Origin: Micropruina sp.
GTDB taxonomy: Bacteria; Actinomycetota; Actinomycetes; Propionibacteriales; Propionibacteriaceae
Reading direction: 5' to 3'
Length of the DNA stretch: 64,000 nt
NCBI RefSeq assembly: GCF_047606665.1
Contig: NZ_JASGEF010000047.1
Span: 34,172-98,171 of the forward strand
The position numbers and the translations under genes are program-made. Shown piece by piece: positions 1-9,687 of the stretch (within the stretch, counting starts at the first letter, position 1; every line of letters begins with the position of its first letter). The notes below the pieces were generated by a model. It did no database searches. It was not told the origin of the DNA and saw only the letters and a program-made list of their open reading frames with translations.

Positions 1-1395
1 GCGATCCGGCGCCAGGCCGTCCCCGGCGGGCTGCTCGACGCGCTGGACGCCCGGCTGCCGTTCGCCCTCACCGACGGCCAGCGCGAGGTCTGCGACACCT
101 TGTTCGCCGAACTCGACCGGGCCCGGCCCATGCAACGCCTGCTGCAGGGCGAGGTGGGTTCGGGCAAGACCGTGGTGGCGCTGCGGGCCATGCTCGCCGT
201 GGTGGACGCCGGCGGCCAGTGCGCGCTGCTGGCACCCACCGAGGTGCTGGCGCAGCAGCACTATGCGACGATCCGGACGCTGATGGGCGACCTGGCCGGT
301 GGCCGGCTGCTGGGCTCCCCGGACGCCGCGACCGATGTCGTCCTGCTCACCGGATCGATGCCGGCGGCGGCCAAGCGGACGGCGCTGCTGCGGGCGGCGT
401 CGGGTGAGGCGGGCATCGTGGTCGGCACCCACGCACTGCTCAACGACAAGGTGCAATTCGCCGATCTGGGGTTCATCGTGATCGACGAACAGCATCGCTT
501 CGGCGTCGAGCAGCGCGGGGCGCTGACCGACAAGGCGTCCGCACGGCCGCATGTGCTGGTGCTTACCGCGACACCGATTCCGCGGTCGGTGGCGATGACG
601 ATCTTCGGCGATCTGGACATCTCGACGCTGGCCGAACTGCCCGCCGGACGCCAGGTCATCGGCACCGTGGTGGTGGACGCCGCACTGCGTCCGGCCTGGG
701 TGGAACGGGCCTGGCAACGGGTCGCCGAAGAGGTCGCCCAGCACCGGCAGGTGTTCATCGTGGTGCCCCGGATCAACAGCAGCGACGAGGGCGTCGGGGT
801 CACCGAACTGGCCGAACGGCTCAGCACCGGGCCGCTGGCCGGCGTCCGGGTCGGGGTGATGCACGGACAACTCAACTCGGACGCCAAAGAGTCCACCATG
901 GCCGCCTTCGTCGCCGGCGAACTGGACGTGCTGGTGGCTACCACGGTGATCGAGGTCGGCGTCGACGTCCCGAACGCGACGATGATGGTGATCTGGGACG
1001 CCGAACGCTTCGGCATCTCGCAGCTGCACCAGCTGCGCGGCCGGATCGGACGCGGCGAGCATCCGGGGGTGTGTCTGCTGATCTCCTCGGCGCTGGCGGA
1101 AGAGACCATCCGGGAACGGCTGCAGGCGGTGGCCGCCACCAACGACGGCTTCGAACTCGCCGAACTCGATCTGCTGCAACGCCGCGAGGGCGACGTGCTG
1201 GGTGCCGAACAGTCCGGCTCCCGCTCCAGCCTGCGGCTGCTCAGCGTCCTGGAACACGCCGACCTGATCGTTCAGGCGAAACAGATCGCGTCGGACGCCG
1301 TCCAGCGTGACCCCGACCGATCCACCCCCGGCTTCGTCGACGCGGTGACCGCGACGGAGCAGCTGATGGCCGGCGACTTCCTCGAACTCAGCTGA
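1..1395 (+). CDS. recG: ATP-dependent DNA helicase RecG, C-terminal ~465 aa (5' end outside window)
   Basis: Frame 1 is open from nt 1 (..LPFALTDGQREVCDTLF..) and continues into ORF 100..1395. Walker A GEVGSGKT, DEQH box VIDEQHRFG and motif VI QLHQLRGRIGRG are present. Confidence 0.95.
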   Translation, partial: AIRRQAVPGGLLDALDARLPFALTDGQREVCDTLFAELDRARPMQRLLQGEVGSGKTVVALRAMLAVVDAGGQCALLAPTEVLAQQHYATIRTLMGDLAGGRLLGSPDAATDVVLLTGSMPAAAKRTALLRAASGEAGIVVGTHALLNDKVQFADLGFIVIDEQHRFGVEQRGALTDKASARPHVLVLTATPIPRSVAMTIFGDLDISTLAELPAGRQVIGTVVVDAALRPAWVERAWQRVAEEVAQHRQVFIVVPRINSSDEGVGVTELAERLSTGPLAGVRVGVMHGQLNSDAKESTMAAFVAGELDVLVATTVIEVGVDVPNATMMVIWDAERFGISQLHQLRGRIGRGEHPGVCLLISSALAEETIRERLQAVAATNDGFELAELDLLQRREGDVLGAEQSGSRSSLRLLSVLEHADLIVQAKQIASDAVQRDPDRSTPGFVDAVTATEQLMAGDFLELS

Positions 1396-1423
1396 CCCTC
1401 GCCCGCTCTGGCACGATGACCCG

Positions 1424-2389
1424 GTGACTCTGATCGCTGCAGCGGACGGCTCCGCCCTCGGCAATCCCGGACCGGCCGGCTGGGCCTGGTACATCGATCC
1501 CGACCGCTGGGCGAGCGGCGGCTGGCCGCACGGCACCAACAACATGGGCGAGCTGACCGCGGTGCTCGACCTGCTCCGGCAGACCGCGGGTGTCGACGAC
1601 GAGCTGCTGGTCTACTGCGACTCGATGTACGTGATCAACTCGCTGACCAAGTGGATGCCGGGTTGGAAGCGGAAGGGCTGGCGCAAGGGCGACGGCAAGC
1701 CGGTGCTCAACGTCGAGATCATGAAAGAACTCGACGCCGCCCTGGCCGGCCGCCGGGTGCGGTTCGAATGGGTGAAGGGCCATGCCGGGCATCCGCTGAA
1801 CGAAGAGGCGGACCGGCTCGCCAACGCCGCCGCCGTCGCCTTCAGCCAGGGACGCCAACCGGACGCCGGTCCTGGCCTGGGCGGGGCGGCCGCGTCCGTC
1901 ACCGAAACGGTCGGCGACAAGGCGACCAGGCCTGCGGATCCGGTGGGGCAGCCGTCGACTACCGGCACCGGGTCGCGCCGGCGAGCCGCTCGCCCGGCGT
2001 CCGAGGAGCCGGACGATCTGTTCTCGGCGATGGCCGATCAGCTCGCACCTGAGCCGTCCGACATCGACCGGGTGATCGTGTTGGAACGGGCTCTGGCAAG
2101 CGATGATGTTCGCGCCGACCCGGCCTCGGTGGCCGCGCTGCTGCACCCGGACTGGTGCGAGATCGGGCGCTCGGGCCGGCTGTGGACCCGTGCTGACTGC
2201 CTGGCCACGATCGGGCCGCTGCTCGAACCTGTCCGGCTCGAGGTGGTTTCCGTCGACCAGGTGGACGCCCGGACCATTCTGCTGATCTGGCGCTCGATCG
2301 GCGCGCAGGATTCGGCCCTGCGCAGCTCGCTGTGGGTCAAGGACGACGACTGGCGGCAACGCTTCCACCAGGGCACTGCCGAACCCTGA
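1424..2389 (+). CDS. Ribonuclease HI domain fused to a C-terminal DUF4440/SnoaL-like domain
   Basis: N-terminal ~140 aa carry RNase HI motifs (AADGSALGNPGPAGWAW, NNMGELTAV, YCDSMYVIN, KGHAGHPLNEEADRLA). A Pro/Gly/Arg-rich linker follows. The C-terminal ~115 aa (ERALASDDV..LHPDWCEIGRSGRLW..) resembles NTF2-like DUF4440; this last point is inference. Confidence 0.85.
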   Translation: MTLIAAADGSALGNPGPAGWAWYIDPDRWASGGWPHGTNNMGELTAVLDLLRQTAGVDDELLVYCDSMYVINSLTKWMPGWKRKGWRKGDGKPVLNVEIMKELDAALAGRRVRFEWVKGHAGHPLNEEADRLANAAAVAFSQGRQPDAGPGLGGAAASVTETVGDKATRPADPVGQPSTTGTGSRRRAARPASEEPDDLFSAMADQLAPEPSDIDRVIVLERALASDDVRADPASVAALLHPDWCEIGRSGRLWTRADCLATIGPLLEPVRLEVVSVDQVDARTILLIWRSIGAQDSALRSSLWVKDDDWRQRFHQGTAEP

Positions 2390-2576
2390 CCGACCCCGTC
2401 CGACTGCCGGCAGGGTGGTGGTCACCGGTCTCGGGTGGTCACCGGTCTCGGGCGGTCACCGATCGCGCGATCGGTGAGTGGTCCGGACGCCGCAATCTCC
2501 CGGTCACCGGAGGTTGCCGCGACGGGCGGCGTCGTCGCGCCAGGATGCGGCGTCCGCATGAGCTAGCGTCAACTCC

Positions 2577-3155
2577 ATGTCGCGGATCATCGCCGGTAGC
2601 CGCAAGGGTCATCGACTGCTCACGCCGCCCGGCGACGGCACCCGGCCCACCTCTGACCGGGTCCGCGAGGCCGCGTTCGGCGTCCTGGCCTCGGAGTTGG
2701 GACGATCCGGGGACGCCGCCGCGATGCTCACTGACCGCTCCTTCCTCGACCTGTACGCCGGGTCGGGCGCAGTCGCGCTGGAGGCGGCGAGTCGCGGCGC
2801 GGCGTCCGCGGTGGCGGTGGAGAACGACCGGCGGGCGGCCGACGTGATCCGCCGCAATGTGCGGGAGACCGGGCTGGACGTCCGGCTGGTGGCGACGAGC
2901 GTCGAGAAGTACCTTGCCGGCCCGCCGACGCCGTTCGACATCTGCTGGCTCGACCCGCCCTACCGACTGTCGAACACCACGGTCGAAGGGGTGCTCGGAC
3001 GCCTTGTCGACGGCTGGCTAGCGCCGGAGGCGATCGTGGTGGTGGAGCGTGCCCGGCGCGATCAGCCGTTCACCTGGCCCGACCGGTTGGGGGATCGCTG
3101 GGAACGTCGATACGGTGAGACGACGCTGTTTCTCGCGACGGAAGGTGGCGAATGA
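2577..3155 (+). CDS. rsmD: 16S rRNA (guanine966-N2)-methyltransferase RsmD
   Basis: MSRIIAGSRKGHRLLTPPGDGTRPTSDRVREAAF, SAM motif LDLYAGSGAVALEAASRG, and DPPY motif. It lies upstream of and overlaps coaD, as in many bacteria. Confidence 0.9.
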   Translation: MSRIIAGSRKGHRLLTPPGDGTRPTSDRVREAAFGVLASELGRSGDAAAMLTDRSFLDLYAGSGAVALEAASRGAASAVAVENDRRAADVIRRNVRETGLDVRLVATSVEKYLAGPPTPFDICWLDPPYRLSNTTVEGVLGRLVDGWLAPEAIVVVERARRDQPFTWPDRLGDRWERRYGETTLFLATEGGE

Positions 3156-3634
3156 GAGCCGTCTGCCCCGGATCGTTCGACCCGATCACGCACGGCCACC
3201 TGGACGTCATCCGGCGGGCCGCGGACCTCTTCGACGAGGTGATCGTGGCCGTCGGCCGGAACTCGGCCAAGAACTACCTGTTCGACAGCGGCGAGCGCGT
3301 CGAGTTGGTGCAGGAATCGATCGAGGGACTGGACGGTGTCCGGGTCGAGGTGCTGTCCGGGCTGCTGGTCGACTTCTGCCGGGCGCAAGGGGCTGAGGTG
3401 GTCGTCAAGGGGCTCCGGTTCGCGTCCGACTTCGACTTCGAGCTGCAGATGGCGCACATCAACCATTCGCTCACCGGCCTGGAGACGGTGCTGCTGCCCG
3501 CCTCGGCGCAGTGGGGGACGCTGTCGTCCACCATGGTCCGCGAGGTCGCCTCGCTGGGTGGCGATGTGAGCGCGTTCGTGCCGCCCCTGGTCTCGGAACG
3601 CATCCAACAGAAGAGGAACCCCCGCCATGGCTGA
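3152..3634 (+). CDS. coaD: Phosphopantetheine adenylyltransferase
   Basis: MRAVCPGSFDPITHGHLDVIRRA signature (T/HxGH nucleotidyltransferase), 160 aa. The ATG overlaps the rsmD stop codon. Confidence 0.95.
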   Translation: MRAVCPGSFDPITHGHLDVIRRAADLFDEVIVAVGRNSAKNYLFDSGERVELVQESIEGLDGVRVEVLSGLLVDFCRAQGAEVVVKGLRFASDFDFELQMAHINHSLTGLETVLLPASAQWGTLSSTMVREVASLGGDVSAFVPPLVSERIQQKRNPRHG

Positions 3635-4097
3635 TTCGACCGCCGACCGATTGGACGCCCTGCAGCAGATGATCGAGCAGGGCAAAGCGGTGCCGATGTC
3701 GGCGTCCTGCATCATCAACCGCACCGACGCGTTGGCGTTGGTCGCCGCCGCCCGATCGGTGCTCGCCGACGAACTGGACGCCGTCCGCGAGGCCGCCGAA
3801 GCCAACCCGTCCGTGCTGGAGCGAGCGAAGCAGGAGGCCGCCGAGGTCGTCCGGAACGCCCAGGAAGAGGCCGCACGGCTGGTGGAGGCCACCGAGGTGG
3901 TGCAAGCCGCCCAGCTCCGTGCCGAAGAGGTCGAGCGGCACGCCGCCGCCGAGGCGGACGCCCTGCGCAAAGAGGCCGACGTCTACGTGGACGGCCGGAT
4001 CGCCGCGATGGAGGCCGGCCTGCAGAAGACCCTCAGCCAGATCCAGACCATGCGCGCCCGGCTCGCCTCCCGCTCTGACCTGGACGCCGGCGAGTAA
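3627..4097 (+). CDS. Conserved Ala/Glu-rich coiled-coil protein of unknown function
   Basis: 156-aa ORF whose ATG overlaps the coaD end. Composition is strongly helical and charged (EEAARLVEATEVVQAAQLRAEEVERHAAAEADALRKEA). Its position between coaD and yceD is typical for actinobacteria; this is from memory. Confidence 0.6.
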   Translation: MADSTADRLDALQQMIEQGKAVPMSASCIINRTDALALVAAARSVLADELDAVREAAEANPSVLERAKQEAAEVVRNAQEEAARLVEATEVVQAAQLRAEEVERHAAAEADALRKEADVYVDGRIAAMEAGLQKTLSQIQTMRARLASRSDLDAGE

Positions 4098-4217
4098 GCC
4101 CCCCGTCGTCCAGCCCCTCCCGTCCGCCCTCCCGAACCAATCGCTCGGGGAGCGCGGGGGTGGGGAAAGGCTCGATTGGCGCCGCGCAAGCCCGCCAGGT
4201 AAGGTTGCTCCTCGGTC

Positions 4218-4802
4218 ATGACCATGTCACATCGCCATCTGAATCCCCGCTCCGGGCTCGTCATCGATACCCACGAGCTGGGCCGACGAGTCGGCGCCAT
4301 GAAGGAGATCCAACGGGTCGCCGAGGCTCCGGACGGCGTGGGCACGGACGTGATCGGGGTACCACCCGGATCCCCCGTCGATCTCGAGATTCGTCTCGAA
4401 TCGGTGGTGGAGGGGGTGCTGGTCACCGGAGCCGCCGAGGTTACGTTGACGGGGCAGTGCGGACGCTGCCTGGAACCGATCTCCTTCGATGAAGAGATCG
4501 ACCTCCAGGAGTTGTACCTCTACCCCGACAAGGAGCCTGACGACGACGAGGCCAGCCGTCTCGAGGACGATCTGCTCGACCTCGAGCCTCTGCTGCGAGA
4601 CATGGTGGTGCTCGACCTGCCGTACACGCCACTGTGCCGGCCGGACTGCGCAGGCTTGTGTCCCGACTGTGGGGCCAACCTGAACGCCGATCCCGACCAC
4701 GCACACGACGACCGGATCGACCCGCGCTGGGCCGGCCTGTCGGGCTGGGCGGCGAAACCTGACGACGAAGATGAGGCCTCTATGGCCGGAAGCAAGGAGT
4801 GA
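4218..4802 (+). CDS. YceD/DUF177 family ribosome-maturation-associated protein
   Basis: [20 protein letters not shown] ... [24 protein letters not shown] (Cys-rich DUF177 signature). It lies directly upstream of rpmF, and its last codons supply the AAGGAG ribosome-binding site for rpmF. Confidence 0.85.
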   Translation: MTMSHRHLNPRSGLVIDTHELGRRVGAMKEIQRVAEAPDGVGTDVIGVPPGSPVDLEIRLESVVEGVLVTGAAEVTLTGQCGRCLEPISFDEEIDLQELYLYPDKEPDDDEASRLEDDLLDLEPLLRDMVVLDLPYTPLCRPDCAGLCPDCGANLNADPDHAHDDRIDPRWAGLSGWAAKPDDEDEASMAGSKE

Positions 4803-4805
4803 GCC

Positions 4806-4997
4806 GTGGCCGTTCCCAAGCGGAAGATGTCCCGGAGCAACACGAGGCACCGCCGTTCCCAGTGGAAGGCGTCCGTGCCCACCCTGGTCACCTGCGCCAA
4901 CGCGGCCTGCCGGGCCAAGCACCTGCCGCACACCGCGTGCCCGGAGTGCGGTCAGTACGGCCCTCGTGCCGCCCGCCGTCAGATCCTCGAACCCTGA
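4806..4997 (+). CDS. rpmF: 50S ribosomal protein L32
   Basis: (M)[21 protein letters not shown] ... CPECG, GTG start, 63 aa. Confidence 0.95.
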   Translation: MAVPKRKMSRSNTRHRRSQWKASVPTLVTCANAACRAKHLPHTACPECGQYGPRAARRQILEP

Positions 4998-5008
4998 CAC
5001 CGGCGGCG

Positions 5009-5689
5009 ATGAGCCGCATCCACGACCTTCTCGACGAGCTGGGGATCACGATCGATCCCCAGCTTTTCGGGCTTGCCCTGGTGCATCGGAGCTTCTCCTA
5101 CGAGAACGGCGCGATCCCGCACAACGAGCGGCTGGAGTTCCTGGGCGACGCCGTCCTCGGCGTGGTGATCACCGAGCACCTGTATCTGCGCTTCCCTGAC
5201 CTTCCCGAGGGACGCCTGGCGAAGCTGCGCGCAGCCGTCGTCAACGCGCATGCCCTGGCCGACGTCGCCCGCGGCCTCGAGCTGGGATCGCTGATCCGGC
5301 TCGGCAAGGGTGAACTCGCCACCGGCGGTGCTGACAAGTCGTCCATCCTCGCCGACGCCTTCGAGGCGGTGCTGGGCGCCCTGTTCCTCTCCGCCGGACG
5401 GGACGCCGCCGACGCCTTCGTGCACACCCTGTTCGACCCGCTGGTCGAATCGGCCAACAGCCTCGGCGCCGGCCTGGACTGGAAGACCAGCCTCCAGGAG
5501 CTCTGCTCGCTGCGCGACCTGGGCGCCCCGGCCTATCTCATCACCGAGTCCGGACCCGACCACGACAAGCGGTTTCAGGCCGTCGCCGTGATCGGTGACA
5601 GCAGCTACCCGTCCGCGCCGGGCCGCTCCAAGAAGCAGGCCGAACAGGGCGCGGCCAAGGCGGCCTTCGAGTCCCTGCACGATGCCTGA
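5009..5689 (+). CDS. rnc: Ribonuclease III
   Basis: ATG at 5009 within ORF 4799..5689. RNase III signature [12 protein letters not shown], plus a C-terminal dsRBD ([31 protein letters not shown]). Confidence 0.95.
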   Translation: MSRIHDLLDELGITIDPQLFGLALVHRSFSYENGAIPHNERLEFLGDAVLGVVITEHLYLRFPDLPEGRLAKLRAAVVNAHALADVARGLELGSLIRLGKGELATGGADKSSILADAFEAVLGALFLSAGRDAADAFVHTLFDPLVESANSLGAGLDWKTSLQELCSLRDLGAPAYLITESGPDHDKRFQAVAVIGDSSYPSAPGRSKKQAEQGAAKAAFESLHDA

Positions 5690-6560
5690 GCTGCCCGAGG
5701 TCGAGACCGTCCGGGCCGGGTTGGCGTCCATCGTCGCCGGACGCCGCATCGATACGGTGACCGTGCTGCACCCGCGTCCGGTACGCCGGCATCCGGGTGG
5801 CCCGGACGACTTCGCCGCCACCCTCGCCGGCCGAACCTTCGCCGAGCCCCGGCGTCGCGGCAAGTACCTGTGGCTGCCGTTCGCCGACGGCGACGCGCTG
5901 CTGGCGCACCTCGGGATGAGCGGACAGTTCCGGCTGGACGTCCCCGGCGCGCCGCTGCTGCCCAACACGCGAGTGCTGTTCGACCTGGTGGACGACGCAG
6001 CCCCCTCCTCGTCATCCCGGCGAACGCCGGGATCTCCCAGCCAGCTCCGCTTCATCGACCAGCGGATGTTCGGCGGCCTGTCGCTCAGTTCGGGCGGCGC
6101 CGAACTGCCCGCCGAACTCGCCCACATCGGACGCGACCCGTTCGATCCCGCCTTCGACCTGGCCGCCGCGGTGCGGAAGATCCGCGGCAAGCGCAGCGCC
6201 GTCAAGCGGGTGCTGCTCGACCAGACGGTGGTCTCCGGCATCGGCAACATCTACGCAGACGAGGCGCTGTGGCGGGCCCGGCTGCACTACGACCGTCCGG
6301 CCGATACCCTCACCGCCGCGAAGGCACGGGAACTGCTCGGCCACGCCCGCGACGTGATGGCCGAGGCACTCGAGCAGGGCGGCACCTCGTTCGACGCCCT
6401 CTACGTGAACGTCAACGGCAGCTCCGGGTACTTCGAGCGGGCACTGGCTGCCTACGGACGCGAGGGCCTGCCCTGCCAGCGCTGTGGACGTCCGATCAAA
6501 CGCGAGCCGTTCATGAACCGATCCTCGTTCCGCTGCCCGTCCTGCCAGCGAAAACGATGA
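5682..6560 (+). CDS. mutM: Formamidopyrimidine-DNA glycosylase (Fpg/MutM)
   Basis: [15 protein letters not shown]-terminus (ATG 5682, 8-nt overlap with rnc). H2TH region and C-terminal zinc finger CQRCG..CPSCQ are present. Confidence 0.95.
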   Translation: MPELPEVETVRAGLASIVAGRRIDTVTVLHPRPVRRHPGGPDDFAATLAGRTFAEPRRRGKYLWLPFADGDALLAHLGMSGQFRLDVPGAPLLPNTRVLFDLVDDAAPSSSSRRTPGSPSQLRFIDQRMFGGLSLSSGGAELPAELAHIGRDPFDPAFDLAAAVRKIRGKRSAVKRVLLDQTVVSGIGNIYADEALWRARLHYDRPADTLTAAKARELLGHARDVMAEALEQGGTSFDALYVNVNGSSGYFERALAAYGREGLPCQRCGRPIKREPFMNRSSFRCPSCQRKR

Positions 6561-6626
6561 TCTGTCGGACCGGGGCCTCTGCACCGAGCCGGTGCGTATA
6601 GACCGCGCAAGGTCTAACCTCGTTGT

Positions 6627-6982
6627 ATGTGGAGCGTGGACGTCGGGCTGATCGAGGACTGGCTCAACTCGCTCGACAGGGCGTCGTGGAAGCAGGTGAT
6701 GGCGGCCATTGAGGTGCTTCGTGAGTTCGGTCCGCAGTTGGGCCGTCCGCTCGTGGACTCGTTGACCGCGTCCAGGCACCGGAACATGAAGGAGCTCAGG
6801 CCGGGATCGTCGGGCCGCAGCGAACTCAGGGTCCTGTTCGCCTTCGACCCGAGCGCCGGGCGATCATGCTGGTGGCCGGCGACAAGGCCGGGAACTGGAC
6901 GCGGTGGTACAAGAAGAACCTCCCGGTGGCCGACGACCTGTTCGACGACCACCTACACAGACTGAGGACCGGCAGAGACTGA
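6627..6982 (+). pseudogene. HigB/RelE-superfamily (Gp49/DUF891-like) toxin, frameshifted
   Basis: ORF 6627.. reads ..KELRPGSSGRSELRVLFAFDPS and then nonsense. Shifting frame near 6848-6860 gives RRAIMLVAGDKAGNWTRWYKKNLPVADDLFDDHLHRL, ending at TGA 6980-6982. That is the expected family C-terminus. Confidence 0.7.
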
Positions 6983-6989
6983 GAGGAGA

Positions 6990-7313
6990 GTGATCGAGAT
7001 GGCACTGAGCTACGAGGAGTACCTGGCCAAGCACCCCGTCGACGCCGCGGACCGGGCGGAGATCGACGCACACAAGGAGCGGATGCTCGCCGAGGTGCGG
7101 GCCTACCGCCTTCGCGAGCTGCGCGAGCAGGCCGGCCTCACCCAGGCGCAGTTGGCCGAGCGCATCGGCGTCGGGCAGCGGCAAGTCTCGAAGATCGAGC
7201 GTGGAGATCTCGACAGCGCCAAGGTTGGCACGATCCGCAGGTATCTTGAGGCCGTCGGCGGTGGCCTTGCCGTCGAGTACGTGATGGGCGACGAGCGCAT
7301 CCAGGTCGGCTGA
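6990..7313 (+). CDS. XRE-family HTH antitoxin (HigA-like)
   Basis: HTH core LRELREQAGLTQAQLAERIGVGQRQVSKIERGD. It lies directly downstream of the HigB-like remnant. ATG 6999 is an alternative start with better spacing from GAGGAG. Confidence 0.8.
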   Translation: MIEMALSYEEYLAKHPVDAADRAEIDAHKERMLAEVRAYRLRELREQAGLTQAQLAERIGVGQRQVSKIERGDLDSAKVGTIRRYLEAVGGGLAVEYVMGDERIQVG

Positions 7314-7404
7314 TCGTGACCCGGGCGGCCACCAACTTCAATGTGCGAACCGCCTTGATACTGGGCCTACTGTAGGCATACCCATCGGCGATCGGGGGTG
7401 CTCC

Positions 7405-7655
7405 GTGGGTACGACCATCACCAGCCGCGACTTCAACCGTGACGTCTCCGCGGCCAAGCGTGCCGCCGAGCAGGGGCCGGTCACGATCACCGATCACGGC
7501 CGCCCCTCGCGCGTTCTGCTGACCGCGGCGGAGTTCGACCGGCTCTCCGGCAACCAGGAGTTGATGGGGAACCCTCTCTGGAGGAGCCAGGATCCGAGCA
7601 TCGACCTGCTCTGCCGGAGCGCCGTGTCGAGCCTGAGCGCGAGATGGACCTGTGA
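7405..7655 (+). pseudogene. Phd/VapB-type antitoxin with a C-terminal frameshift
   Basis: (M)GTTITSRDFNRDVSAAKRAAEQGPVTITDHGRPSRVLLTAAEFDRL is a typical antitoxin N-terminus. The expected C-terminus LPERRVEPEREMDL* (TGA 7653-7655, GTGA overlap with the vapC start) lies in another frame from about nt 7612. Confidence 0.65.
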
Positions 7656-7880
7656 GGTACCTGCTCGACACGAACGTTCTCAGCGATGCGCGCAGGCAGG
7701 CTCGACCGGAGCTCAACGTCTGGCTGCCGGTCAGCCGGGAGCAGACCTCGCGATCAGTGTCATCACGCTCCTGGAGATCGAACGGGCGTCCTGCTGACGC
7801 ACGAACTCACCGTCGTCACCCGCAATGTGAAGGACTTCCAGCGCACTGGCGTGGATGTGATCGACTCCTGGGAGTTGTGA
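7652..7880 (+). pseudogene. vapC: VapC (PIN domain) toxin remnant: two frame changes and an internal deletion of roughly 60 aa
   Basis: Three frames give MRYLLDTNVLSDARRQARPELNVWL / AAGQPGADLAISVITLLEIER / VLLTHELTVVTRNVKDFQRTGVDVIDSWEL*. Total length is only 229 nt, against about 400 nt for an intact PIN toxin. Confidence 0.7.
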
Positions 7881-8093
7881 GCGTCGCGGGGCCCCATCCT
7901 TCGAGCACCAGGGGCCCGGCCGGTTGCACATCTTGGTCCTTCACCCCGGGTCCGCCGCCACGCCTGCCGCACCACAAGTCTGGAGCACACCCGTTGCGGC
8001 GCGGTACCCCAGCGGTGTCAGAGCTGATCGGTAGCGTAGGCCGCGTCCTGAGTGAACAGCTGACGACGCGCCTCGGCGCAGGAGACGAACCAC

Positions 8094-9659
8094 ATGGCAC
8101 CGACCACCAAAGAGGCCCAGCGCGCCGAGCTGCACAAGACGATCTGGCGGATCGCGAACGACCTGCGCGGCAGCGTCGACGGGTGGGACTTCAAGACCTA
8201 CGTGCTCGGCACCCTGTTCTACCGGTTCATCTCGGAGAACCTCACCTCCTACGTCAACCGGGGCGAGCACGAGGCGGGCAACCTCGAGTTCGACTATCCG
8301 CTCTTGTCCAACCGAGAGGCCGAGGTGGCTCGCACGGAACTGGTGGCGGAGAAGGGCTTCTTCATCTACCCGTCCGAGTTGTTCCAGAACGTGCGTGAGC
8401 GAGCGCCGCGGGACGCGAATCTCAACGAGACGCTGGAGCGGGTCTTCAACAACATCGAGGCATCGGCGGTCGGCACGGACAGCGAGGACGATCTGAAGGG
8501 CCTGTTCGACGACCTCGACGTCAACAGTTCCAAGCTCGGCAACACGGTCGCCAGGCGCAACGAGAAGCTCGTGAAGCTGCTGGATGCGATCGGCGATCTG
8601 CCGCTGGGAGACTTCGAAGACAACGCGATCGACCTGTTCGGTGACGCCTACGAATACCTGATGCAGATGTACGCCTCACAGGCAGGTAAGTCCGGCGGCG
8701 AGTACTACACACCTCAGGAAGTCTCCGAGGTGCTCGCGAAGATCACCGTTGTCGGCAAGACCCGGGTGAATAAGGTCTATGACCCAGCCGCCGGATCGGG
8801 GTCGCTGCTGCTGAAGTTTGCGAAGGTGCTCGGACGCGACAACGTGGGCGGCTTCTTTGGGCAGGAGATCAACCTGACCACCTACAACCTCGCCCGCATC
8901 AACATGTTCCTGCACGACGTGAACTACGAGAAGTTCAACATCGCGCACGGCGACACGCTCACCGATCCGCAGCACTGGGACGACGAGCCGTTCGAGGCGA
9001 TCGTCTCCAACCCGCCTTACTCGATCAAATGGGAGGGTGACGCGAACCCGCTGCTGATCAACGACGAGCGTTACGCACCGGCTGGTGTGCTGGCGCCGAA
9101 GTCGAAGGCCGACCTGGCCTTCACGATGCACATCCTCTCGTGGCTGGCCGTGAACGGTACGGCCGCGATCGTCGAGTTCCCCGGCGTGCTGTACCGGGGC
9201 GGCGCGGAGCGGAAGATCCGCCAGTACCTGATCGACAACAACTACGTGGACGCCGTGATCCAGCTGCCCCCGGATCTGTTCTTCGGCACGACGATCGCGA
9301 CCTGCATCATCGTGCTGAAGAAGTCGAAGACCGACAACGCGGTGCTGTTCATCGACGCCTCGGCCGAGTTCACCCGGGTCGGCAACAAGAACAAGCTGCT
9401 GCCCCGGCACCAGCAGCACATCCTCGACACGTTCACCACGCGGGAGGACGTCGACCACGTCGCCACGCTCGTGCCGAACGAGGACATCGCCGCGAACGAC
9501 TACAACATCGCCGTGTCCTCTTATGTCGTACGGGAGGACACCCGCGAGGTGATCGACATCCGAGCGCTGAACGCCGAGATCGCGCGCATCGTCGCCCGCC
9601 AAGCCGAGTTGCGCACCTCGATCGACGCGATCGTGGCCGACCTTGAGGGCACCGCGTAG
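8094..9659 (+). CDS. hsdM: Type I restriction-modification system, DNA methyltransferase subunit M
   Basis: 521 aa. HsdM N-terminal domain ([36 protein letters not shown]), SAM motif [13 protein letters not shown], and catalytic NPPYSIKW (N6-adenine MTase). Confidence 0.95.
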   Translation: MAPTTKEAQRAELHKTIWRIANDLRGSVDGWDFKTYVLGTLFYRFISENLTSYVNRGEHEAGNLEFDYPLLSNREAEVARTELVAEKGFFIYPSELFQNVRERAPRDANLNETLERVFNNIEASAVGTDSEDDLKGLFDDLDVNSSKLGNTVARRNEKLVKLLDAIGDLPLGDFEDNAIDLFGDAYEYLMQMYASQAGKSGGEYYTPQEVSEVLAKITVVGKTRVNKVYDPAAGSGSLLLKFAKVLGRDNVGGFFGQEINLTTYNLARINMFLHDVNYEKFNIAHGDTLTDPQHWDDEPFEAIVSNPPYSIKWEGDANPLLINDERYAPAGVLAPKSKADLAFTMHILSWLAVNGTAAIVEFPGVLYRGGAERKIRQYLIDNNYVDAVIQLPPDLFFGTTIATCIIVLKKSKTDNAVLFIDASAEFTRVGNKNKLLPRHQQHILDTFTTREDVDHVATLVPNEDIAANDYNIAVSSYVVREDTREVIDIRALNAEIARIVARQAELRTSIDAIVADLEGTA

Positions 9660-9687
9660 TGTCGGCGGGCGTGAGTAGGGTGCGGCT

